Positions 7,652-16,400 of a DNA stretch of 64,000 nt are shown piece by piece. The stretch is from Candidatus Melainabacteria bacterium 17Bon1m (GTDB taxonomy: Bacteria > Cyanobacteriota > Vampirovibrionia > Obscuribacterales > Obscuribacteraceae). The translations under genes and the position numbers were made by a program. The notes under the pieces were generated by a model, which had not been told where the DNA came from, did not search any database, and saw nothing but the letters and a program-made list of their open reading frames with translations. Each line of letters begins with the position of its first letter. Within the stretch, counting starts at the first letter, position 1. The DNA lies in NCBI GenBank assembly GCA_032128875.1, contig JAVLKG010000002.1:864001-928000 (forward strand), read 5' to 3'.

Positions 7652-9961
7652 ATGAAATTACGTAGACGACGAGGAGCTACGTTAGGGTTGGTGGCAGTCA
7701 TCGTACTGTTCATCGCCATTCTAGGAATCGGCTTCTTCTTCCTGTCCAAAATCATGGGCGGTGGAAGAGAAGTTGCTAACGCTACCGACGCCGGCGCCAT
7801 GAACGTTGCTAAGCGCGCTTTGATGGAACCAACCGTCAATGCTCCCGCTAACGACGAATTCGATGGTCTCGGTGTCGACACCGCAACCGGTATTCCTAAC
7901 AACTCCGGACAAATCAACTTGCTCGCGTACAACCGCGCAGTAGGCAGAGCTCTCTTGGTTGCTCTTAACGCAAGAGCGATCGGACCTGCTTCCAGCAAGC
8001 TCGCCGGTGATGTTATCGATAAATTGGAAACACTCGGTAAGAACCTGCAAACCCAATTGAACGGCGGCGGTATGTTGCCCGGTTACTTTGACACCATGGC
8101 TAAAGCCCAGAACGTCAAAATGATGGGACCGACCTCGGACGTCAAATTGAGCATGAACATTCAACCGGCTTGGATGATCACCCAAGACGGCGATGGCATG
8201 CAAAAGACCAACGTCTACATCAATAAGCAAGTTGTAGACATGATGGGCAACCCGACGGTGAGCAACCTCTACACTGCCACCACCGTCAATTCTGCTCAGA
8301 TCAAGTCGAAAGGTTCTTGGCCACAAGGCGCTTTCTCAAGCTCGAGTGGACACAACTTCATCAGAGCTTATGACAAGAACATGACCCTCAGCAATTACCT
8401 TGATAAAGCGATTCTTGGTGCTGCTGTAGGTCCTCAAGACAGAGCCCACTTGGTGCACCTCGGACAGTTCGATAACTGCTCGAATGCAATCGGATACGCT
8501 CCCCCCAATTCCTGGAAGACTCAATCGCAGTCTCAAAATACAAACAAAGGTCAAGGCAACTTCGGTGGTGCAGTAGCATGCGCAGTCGTAGGCTCCTTGA
8601 ACGCAGAGTACGAAGCCGCCATTCCGCGTGGCTACGTAAGAATCTTGAACTATGTTTCCGCAGCTAACTTGCCTGGTGCAGTTCCTGTATCTGGACAAGA
8701 CGTTAACGGTGGCACAAGCATTTTCAATAACGAATTCTGGAATGGTACCGGCGGCTCTGGACCAACATCCTATGCAGCCAATGGTGCTCTTTTCACTGAC
8801 AGAAACGGTGCAGGTAATCTTGCTGACTGGCAAGCTTATGTAGCAACCATCAACTCATCCTTGGCAGTGTCACCTCCGCAAAATACCGGATCTAACACCG
8901 ATAGAGATGAATTGGGTGGATTGCGCTCAGCTTGGCCGTCGGGTTTTAACGGCACCACCGCTGAATTGGGTCAAATGACTCAAATCAGATACAACAAACC
9001 ATCGCCTGCTCTCAACCAGTTCGCAACCAAAGGTCAAGTTATCAGCGAACTTAAGAACGGCGGTAGATCTGGAACTTGCGATCAAAACAACTTCGCTTCC
9101 GATTCCGACGGCGCTACTGCTGCAGATCTCTTCTGCCGTGCTAGCAATGACGGTGGTAGTGGATTCGTTACTGACGCATCGGTCAACTATGGACGCGGTA
9201 TCGCAGGTGGCGGCGGCGGTGGAAACATGGCCCAAGGCATGAACGGTATCGAGTACCTCAAAGCCAGAGTTGTTGAAGCCTTCGGTTCCGGTGCACGTTG
9301 CGCACGTAACGTCACTGTAGCTGGCGACAAGAAAGCCGGTATGAAAGTGTACGACCGTCCGAGAGAAACTCCGAGCAAGGCATACAACACACCTGCGGTT
9401 GATGTTCAGTTCGCTAACGTAGGCAGCCCGTACGAACTCTTGATGCACACCACCAAGAGCGGAACGAACGGATACTGCAATGGTACAAACGACGTAATTG
9501 GTTACATCCATCAACGTGCTAAGGAAATTCTCCCTACCGTTGAACGTGCTGAAGTAGAAGCTCTGATGAAGAGCCAAGATCTCCCACCAGGTGCGACGAT
9601 GTTTATCTTCTTGCCGCAAGGCAGTAACAAACTCGCTATGCAGCCTACAGTGCCGAAGACACATGCAGGCTCGGAAGATCCGTTCAACATCAAAGCTGAA
9701 GGAACAATGCCTAACTACTGCGCTTCCACTCCTGACAACCAAATCCGTAACTACGATTTGAACTCCAAGGACGGCGTAGCAGGCAACGGAAAAGGTGACA
9801 CTGGTATTCACGACCAACCGTACACCCAATTCAAAGGAACCGATTTCAGCTCGACTGACATCGTTGAATGGAAACCAAGTTGTGGTGCTCATAACTTCCT
9901 CGGCGAACTCTCGTTCCGCAACGAGACAACCGGTGGTGGTGAGTTCTGCAAACCTAACTAG
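7652..9961 (+). CDS. Large Tad/TadG-like pseudopilin-type surface protein (769 aa)
   Basis: Basic leader RRRRG|A, then a hydrophobic helix and ANATDAGAMNVA (Tad-domain-like A-x-DA-x-A); Gly/Asn/Thr-rich body with several Cys; GGAGGAG RBS. Confidence 0.7.
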   Translation: MKLRRRRGATLGLVAVIVLFIAILGIGFFFLSKIMGGGREVANATDAGAMNVAKRALMEPTVNAPANDEFDGLGVDTATGIPNNSGQINLLAYNRAVGRALLVALNARAIGPASSKLAGDVIDKLETLGKNLQTQLNGGGMLPGYFDTMAKAQNVKMMGPTSDVKLSMNIQPAWMITQDGDGMQKTNVYINKQVVDMMGNPTVSNLYTATTVNSAQIKSKGSWPQGAFSSSSGHNFIRAYDKNMTLSNYLDKAILGAAVGPQDRAHLVHLGQFDNCSNAIGYAPPNSWKTQSQSQNTNKGQGNFGGAVACAVVGSLNAEYEAAIPRGYVRILNYVSAANLPGAVPVSGQDVNGGTSIFNNEFWNGTGGSGPTSYAANGALFTDRNGAGNLADWQAYVATINSSLAVSPPQNTGSNTDRDELGGLRSAWPSGFNGTTAELGQMTQIRYNKPSPALNQFATKGQVISELKNGGRSGTCDQNNFASDSDGATAADLFCRASNDGGSGFVTDASVNYGRGIAGGGGGGNMAQGMNGIEYLKARVVEAFGSGARCARNVTVAGDKKAGMKVYDRPRETPSKAYNTPAVDVQFANVGSPYELLMHTTKSGTNGYCNGTNDVIGYIHQRAKEILPTVERAEVEALMKSQDLPPGATMFIFLPQGSNKLAMQPTVPKTHAGSEDPFNIKAEGTMPNYCASTPDNQIRNYDLNSKDGVAGNGKGDTGIHDQPYTQFKGTDFSSTDIVEWKPSCGAHNFLGELSFRNETTGGGEFCKPN

Positions 9962-10010
9962 AACGCAAACCAACTGGACTGATTGAGCTGGACTCGATCA
10001 CCCGATAGAT

Positions 10011-10064
10011 AAAGCGCCCACCCTCTTGAATCGTGTAAGATTCTAATTGGGTGGGCACTTCTTT
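10011..10064 (+). terminator. Putative intrinsic terminator
   Basis: GCCCACCC (10016-23) / GGGTGGGC (10049-56) with inner GAATC/GATTC stem, followed by CTTCTTT. Confidence 0.6.
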
Positions 10065-10138
10065 ATATGTAGTGCGTCATTTCGCCTATTCAATTAATAG
10101 CGGTTTTCTATCATTTAGTTCGAGGGGAGGATAATGTC

Positions 10139-10642
10139 GTGTCTGTAGAAACATGCAAGCCCAGACGAGCTTGGAGTCTTCTGATTGCCTCTGCCCTTTT
10201 GCTTTCTTTTGCCGTCGGACAGCAGATTTCAAGTGCGCAAAACACGGCGCCGGCGTATCGCACCAAGCCATACCAACTCAATCCCGAGGACAATCACAAA
10301 CTCGATCAACTGAAAGATAAGGTTGATCTGCCGGACCTACCTTCCTTCACCGGCAAAGCCAAATTCGTAACCGGAACTGTAGAGCAGGGCTCCAAAGGCG
10401 GACCGCGCTACTCAATGGTGTTTGAGGCGGAAGAGCCTCAGAATCAAGTAATTGACTGGTACGACAACGTTTTTCGCATGTATAAATGGAACAACATTCA
10501 GAAAGCGACCAGCTCTGTATCAGCTTCTCACAAAGATGGTCACTTCGCTTCGGTAAGTACAGATGCTGTGGTTAAGACTGGTGCTAGTAATGCCAGAATC
10601 CACAGCAGTTTTACAGTACATTATCAGATGGCGGTTCGCTAA
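10139..10642 (+). CDS. Exported hypothetical protein (167 aa)
   Basis: GGAGG upstream of GTG; hydrophobic signal peptide ending SSA. Confidence 0.75.
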   Translation: MSVETCKPRRAWSLLIASALLLSFAVGQQISSAQNTAPAYRTKPYQLNPEDNHKLDQLKDKVDLPDLPSFTGKAKFVTGTVEQGSKGGPRYSMVFEAEEPQNQVIDWYDNVFRMYKWNNIQKATSSVSASHKDGHFASVSTDAVVKTGASNARIHSSFTVHYQMAVR

Positions 10643-10651
10643 AGCGCTTGT

Positions 10652-11599
10652 TTGCGACGCTTGAGTTACCCAGCGAGTGGTTTGAATTCTAGACCTGTGA
10701 ATTGGTCTATTGCACTTGCATTGGCCGCGATGTTTTTCTTCTATAGCTCCATCGATCAGTGCGCTAGAGCCAGTACAAATTCTCTCAAGCTTGGTCCGCT
10801 GGCGGTAATGCCTGACGGTTCTCCGCTTTATCTCAATCGCACCCAGGCTTTCAATTATTTGTCTAAAGAAGATGTACTAAGACAGCGCATTAACGCGGTC
10901 ATGTCCGTGTCGTCACTCGTCAACACTCCGTATACGCCTACGTCCGCTGTATTTGATGAAATAGTTGACGGCAAGCCGTGGTGGGGAATGGCAGGTCAAT
11001 ACATCTGGGGCGAAGGCCAACGAAGTATTGAGGGACCATCAGAAGAGTCGCGTTTCATTCTCAATCCGTATCTCCTGGTTGCTGCAAACCCATGGACGGC
11101 TAAGATTTGGAATCAAGAACAAATCACTGAAGACGATTTGAACAATCAAGACTTTCCGTATACTTGGACGCCGCAAGAACTCCGCTATTGGCCTCGTAAG
11201 AAGATGGCACAGGTGATTTATGATGTCACCGCATTTAATGGCAAACTGAAGTCGATGAGTAATAAATTGGACAGCACAGAACCAAACTTGCGCTTTGGTC
11301 TGGTGGCATATAATGCGCGAGACTTTGGATACGGTTTTCTCTTCCTCTCGCCTCAACATTCGCTGAATGTTGAAAATTCCTACAGGGGAAATTATCCGAT
11401 TGAGATCAAGCAATACATCCATAGCGGAGACAGTTCCAAATTTCCGGGCGGCTGCAACAATATGAGCCCTGCTATGGACGAGATAGACAAGCTGACGATA
11501 AAGCAGTTGCCCGCGCGCGCCGTTGTCTATCTCTGGAAAACTAGACCGCCGCTAGCAACTGATCCAGCCGACTTCACTTTTGTTCTGGATTTCAAATAA
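10652..11599 (+). CDS. Exported hypothetical protein (315 aa)
   Basis: Signal-like N-terminus; 9 bp after the previous gene; start codon uncertain. Confidence 0.75.
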   Translation: MRRLSYPASGLNSRPVNWSIALALAAMFFFYSSIDQCARASTNSLKLGPLAVMPDGSPLYLNRTQAFNYLSKEDVLRQRINAVMSVSSLVNTPYTPTSAVFDEIVDGKPWWGMAGQYIWGEGQRSIEGPSEESRFILNPYLLVAANPWTAKIWNQEQITEDDLNNQDFPYTWTPQELRYWPRKKMAQVIYDVTAFNGKLKSMSNKLDSTEPNLRFGLVAYNARDFGYGFLFLSPQHSLNVENSYRGNYPIEIKQYIHSGDSSKFPGGCNNMSPAMDEIDKLTIKQLPARAVVYLWKTRPPLATDPADFTFVLDFK

Positions 11600-11753
11600 C
11601 CTGGTATCAGATACAGTGCGCGTGCATTATCGGATACCGGACTTGGAAATTTGCCTTTTGGAGTTTCATTTTCAGGTTACTGAGGTTTTCAGTAAGAAGA
11701 CTTCAGGGTTAACCCTAGGGCGAACGATTATCTCTTGACGCTATTCTGATTCT

Positions 11754-11867
11754 ACTGACCGTTGGACTCGTTGCGTCCCGAGAAAGATTAACCAATCACC
11801 GACGGTTAGTTGCCGAAACAAATCAAAAGAGGGGATGAGCCGCAAGCGAGTCCCTTCTTTAGTTTTT
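11754..11867 (+). ncRNA. Candidate orphan structured small RNA (family not recognised)
   Basis: 12-bp stem 11754-65/11799-810 with 2 G-U pairs enclosing two small hairpins, followed by a terminator-like hairpin; TATTCT -10 at 11742-47. Confidence 0.45.
11826..11867 (+). terminator. Intrinsic terminator-like hairpin, possibly bidirectional
   Basis: AAAGAGGGGAT / GTCCCTTCTTT stem then AGTTTTT; lies between convergent genes. Confidence 0.6.
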
Positions 11868-11907
11868 AATGCTTGCAGCTTGGCGATCGGCCGGATAATT
11901 CTCGGTC

Positions 11908-12696
11908 TTAAACAAAGGCCACAACCCTGGCCGGCGCGGCACTTGCACCTACCAGAGGAATCGGGAAAAACGCTACCTTAAACCCATGTGGGGGAAGCTT
12001 ATCCAAATTGGCCAATTGCTGGATGACATACACCTCGACATCCCTATAAGCAAAATGGGCGTCCCAGATTTGCGATTTGTCTTTGGTCTCTTGGTAGGCC
12101 TCGACCATTTTAGGAAACGGTCTGTCCCATCCCAACGCATCTGTGCCACCAATTTTGGCACCACGCTCTGCTAAAAACAGCGCTGACTCGCGAATCATTC
12201 CAGGATAGTTATAGCGAACAGGGTCAGTAAGCGGAAACTTGTCGTGATCGGTGCGAATAAGCACAGCATCACCGCCTTTAATTTGATATTGAACTTTATC
12301 GAGCGCTCGTTTTATATCGTCGACAGTAATGGCTTCCCCGGTGCCTTTCTTATGAGTCATATCCAGCACGACTGCATCGCAATAGAGGTCTTCCAACGGA
12401 ATCTGATCGACTGTTTTTGCTGGGGCACCACCGCAGGTGCTGCCGTAATGCAATGGCGCATCCACATGAGTTCCCAGGTGACTTGATAAAGTGACCATCT
12501 CCTCAGCCCAGCCTTCTCCGTTTGGCAGGTCACTTTTTGGACAAGCAAACAGCTCGCACATGATATCGGCGCCACGATCGTTTCCGACGAAATCAACTTC
12601 TGGCGAAATAATTCTGAAAAGTGGTTGCAGCGGCGGCGGAAATGCGTTTTTGTCTATAGTGACAAGCGGTCTGGTCAAGTCGATGAGTTTTGCCAT
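11908..12696 (-). CDS. Cyclase family metal-dependent hydrolase (kynurenine formamidase-like)
   Basis: IDLT, HLGTHVDAPLH, GDAVLIRT, GTDALGWD, LANLDKLP, GASAAPARVVA. Confidence 0.92.
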   Translation of the reverse strand: MAKLIDLTRPLVTIDKNAFPPPLQPLFRIISPEVDFVGNDRGADIMCELFACPKSDLPNGEGWAEEMVTLSSHLGTHVDAPLHYGSTCGGAPAKTVDQIPLEDLYCDAVVLDMTHKKGTGEAITVDDIKRALDKVQYQIKGGDAVLIRTDHDKFPLTDPVRYNYPGMIRESALFLAERGAKIGGTDALGWDRPFPKMVEAYQETKDKSQIWDAHFAYRDVEVYVIQQLANLDKLPPHGFKVAFFPIPLVGASAAPARVVAFV

Positions 12697-12904
12697 CAGA
12701 AAATCGTTTCCTGGTTAAGGAGCTGGACAACTTGGAAAACCGAAAAAATCGGAAATTCAAACAAGAAGCAGATTTTCGCACTCCTACACATAGCCAGTCA
12801 GCGCTGTTTAATTAAGTTAGACTAGCTGTTGGAATCTATTCCAGCGCAATTCCTGTCCCACCGGCATTTGTCCAGTGCTTGACGACTTTTATCGGTTCAG
12901 ATTT

Positions 12905-13384
12905 ATGTCAAATTCCTCCACATTCTCCCTCTCACAGGCTCAGGCATTGCTTCCTCGCTTGCGCGAGCAACTCTCCAAAGCCAATGACGAACTCGACTCC
13001 ATTAGCATTAAGATTGCGGCTGCCTCTCAAGAGTGTGAAGAAGCCGAAATAGCTCTCATGGCGGTTAAAACGAAAAACGGAGAGGTCGCAGACCTGACTG
13101 CCTTGCGAGACGCAAGACAGCGTTATGAGTCTTCAATTGATAGCCTTACGTCGGCTAAACGTGAGTATCTAGAGTGTTTCGAGCGCTGGATGGTCGAGAT
13201 TACGGAGTGCGGCGTCATTCTTCGCGATATCCGCTCAGGTTTACTCGATTTTCCCGCCAAGAAGGGCGCCGTCGACTACTTCCTTTGCTGGCGATTAGGC
13301 GAGCGCGATATTGACTATTGGCATCTTGAAAATGACGGATTTCAGGGGCGTCGCCCGCTTGCCGTTTTAGATGAGTACTTCTAA
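12905..13384 (+). CDS. DUF2203 family protein
   Basis: FSLSQAQALLP...LRDIRSGLLDFP...FLCWRLGE..IDYWH....GFQGRRPL. Confidence 0.88.
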   Translation: MSNSSTFSLSQAQALLPRLREQLSKANDELDSISIKIAAASQECEEAEIALMAVKTKNGEVADLTALRDARQRYESSIDSLTSAKREYLECFERWMVEITECGVILRDIRSGLLDFPAKKGAVDYFLCWRLGERDIDYWHLENDGFQGRRPLAVLDEYF

Positions 13385-13482
13385 TTCGGAATGGCATATG
13401 ATCTGTATGTCTGATGCGTGACCCTGGGCTATCGGTTGTGGTGTTGTCCGGGCATAATTAAATACGCTTTGAGATATTCACG

Positions 13483-16400
13483 ATGCCTCCTGACGAAGAG
13501 CCGGAAACACGCGAACCAAAAGAAAAGGAGCCGCAGGCGAATGACGGCAGTCCGAAAGAGTCTGCGCGTCGAATGACTTTTCATCTGTTTGGCGCAGGTA
13601 AGTCTGGTTCGGAAGTTGTCGTTGAGCGCGATAGCGACACAACGGAAAAGGATTTGAGAAACAGCAAGGCATCAGCTTCTTCTGCCAGCAGACGAAAGTT
13701 GATTTCAATCGACGAGCTGAAACAACTTGCAGAGAGTGGTGGCACCGACGCTCGCTTTGCTCAAGACCTTCTTGCAAATGTCGTCCACTGGCAGAAAATG
13801 CCTGAAGGTGAAGACAAAAACGCATACGCAAAAAAACAGCAAATCACAGCAATGGGTATGCTTGGTCGCGCGATTCTAGAGTTAGAGCCGCAAGAAGAAT
13901 CTCAACAACAGTCGCAAGCAAACCAACAGCAGCAACAACTTCAGAGGAAACAGCAGGAAAAGCTGCCGGACAAAACTGCGGACACAACTGCGGAAAAATC
14001 GGCGGAGAAACCTGCATCAGCAGTGAATCCGAACATTGTTGAGACAAAGGCAGTATTTCTCGAGACGGCAGATTTACGAGCTCTTCGAGAAGAAGATCTG
14101 GCTCTCGGACGAAAGGGCGGTCCGGCAGAACACTTCCTTGCATTGCTGGACAACTTCAGAAAGATTTTGAAACCAGGACAAGAGCAAGATGCCGCAGTTC
14201 GGCGCGTCAAGCGAATGGCAATTTCACTTCTATCCGGGCGATTGAAAGAGCTGCAGACCAAGAAAGTCACCGCAGGTGATACTGGAGCTGTTAATCAGTA
14301 TGCGGCTGGGTCCGACGAAGATAAACAGTTCATCCTCGCTCTCAAGGAAAAGGTGCGTGGTGAAACTCATCAACACAAAATTCCAGCTCAATTTTATGAA
14401 CGGCGCCAAACTGTTCAAGAATGGGCTAAGGAATTAGAGTCACATGTTGAAAAATTGAACGAGCTCAATCGCTCTGCTGATGTTGCTGAGCACCAAGAGC
14501 AGCCAGTCGGTCTCAATGCTGCTATGAGTCGTGCCAATTCAAAGAAGAAGGCGGTTATACATAGCGAAACCGAGATTCGAAAAGCATTGGCCATGATGCC
14601 GGAAAGAGAAATCAAAGATCTGCAAAGCAAAGACGAGTATAAGCAAATTGTCAGTGACCTCCTGTACAGCGCCAATATTTCTTCCGCAACAAGGCAAGCT
14701 GCGCAGATTTTCTTGACTCCGGGGTGGCAAAAGTCTCCGGAGTCGGTTCGACAGTTAGCTGTAATTGCACTTAAGGACAATAGTTTTGAACTGCTTAAAT
14801 CTACGTGCAGATATTGCACTGCTGACGTACGCCAAGGTTTTCGCCAAACCGCTGAAGCAGCAGAAGCTCATAAGGTTTTTTCGATGTATGGGAAGCACCT
14901 CAACGAAGTTCTCCAGTATGGCCAAGAATCACTGACTACCCAGCTTGGAACAGCTGAAGGATTTGCTTATGGCTGGTTTGGTCTGGCGAACAAAGAGGAG
15001 ATCAAGAAATTCGTTGATAAGGCTTCTTCGGAGGATCGCCACCGCTATCTGCTGGGCGAAAAGCTCGCTGAGCGTGCGAACCTTGACGCGGAAGAAAAGC
15101 AAGCAGTTAGCTTTTACAAGGAAGTAGATGCGGCTTTACGCGCGGCAACCAATCCAGTTATAAATTCGAAGCAATACGATTTGCTGCGCAATAAGTTGGT
15201 TGGGGGCGAGGAGATTTACGCTGCCCTCAGAGAGCTGCATAAAGACGAATACTTTGGTCTTGTTCGCTCGAATGATATGAAGGGCATGAGACGTGCCGTA
15301 GAACTGCTGTCACTTAAGGACTGGACAAGTTTGCGCGACAATCCCGGGCGATTTGCCGATCTCGATATGCGACTCAGGAAGTTCCTCAACAAACAAGAGC
15401 ACCATGAAATTATGGGCATGCTCAGGGCGAAGGTTGGCGATAAGGACAAGGATAATCTTACTTTTGAAGAATCGCAGAAGCGAGGCAGAGTGCCGATCGA
15501 GATTTCGCTACTCGGTTCTGACCCGGAAAAGTGGAATTTCGTTTGGACCACACAAAACACAAATCAATTCGAGAAGCTTCAGACAATCTTGCAGATGTCG
15601 CAATTAGAACTGAATTCATATTTGAAAGACAAGGGCAATCCAAAATATTTGGATACGCTCGTCGACGCCCAGTTGGATGGTGACTGCAAGTTGATTGCTG
15701 AACGCACCTTGAAACTTGCATTGCAAACAGCAAAGCTGGAATTAGACGAAATCAGCAGTGCGCTTATTGCAAGACTCTCCGGCGAGCCAATGTCAGAGCA
15801 AATGAAAAAGTTCGAGCTGATTTTGACGCGACCGGGCGTAATGGCTCGACTCCGATCTCCTCAAGACGCAGAGACTAAATCCTTGCGCAGCGCTCTAGAT
15901 TTTATGGTTAAGGAATTCGTTGAAGCAATGAAACGCCTTGATCTGAACGTTGGCAAAGTCAATTCTCTCACTGCTGCCGAGTATTCTAAAAGGATTTTTG
16001 AGAGTGGAGCGCTACCGATTGATTTGCGCCTTCTCCTTTCTGATGATTGCAGTCTATCGTTAAGTGAATTGATGAGACTCACTCCTGAGGAAAAAAAAAT
16101 TCTCACTGCGGAGCCTCAAGCCGGAGGCAACGCGTTTTTGCAAAAAAAGGTGTTTACCACCTACGAGCAACAGAAGTTCGCTGTCCATCTATTCTCCTCT
16201 TCAAGGAAGGAGCCTTCTGAGGTCGATTTTATGCGCGCTGCCATAATCGGTTTTTCCGAGGACAAAGGCAAGCTCATTTTACGTCTTTCATCAATGAGCC
16301 CTTCCGAGCTGACCAAGACAACCAAGGCCTACCATGAAGAGTACAATTCTTCACTGGCGCATGATTTCTTTGTTGCAGCGGTTGGTCGTCATCGCACACA

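Noticed and set aside
8927-9973. 348-aa antisense ORF (also 7721-8326, 8336-8833)
   Set aside because: Shadow of the codon-biased Tad-like gene; no motifs or RBS
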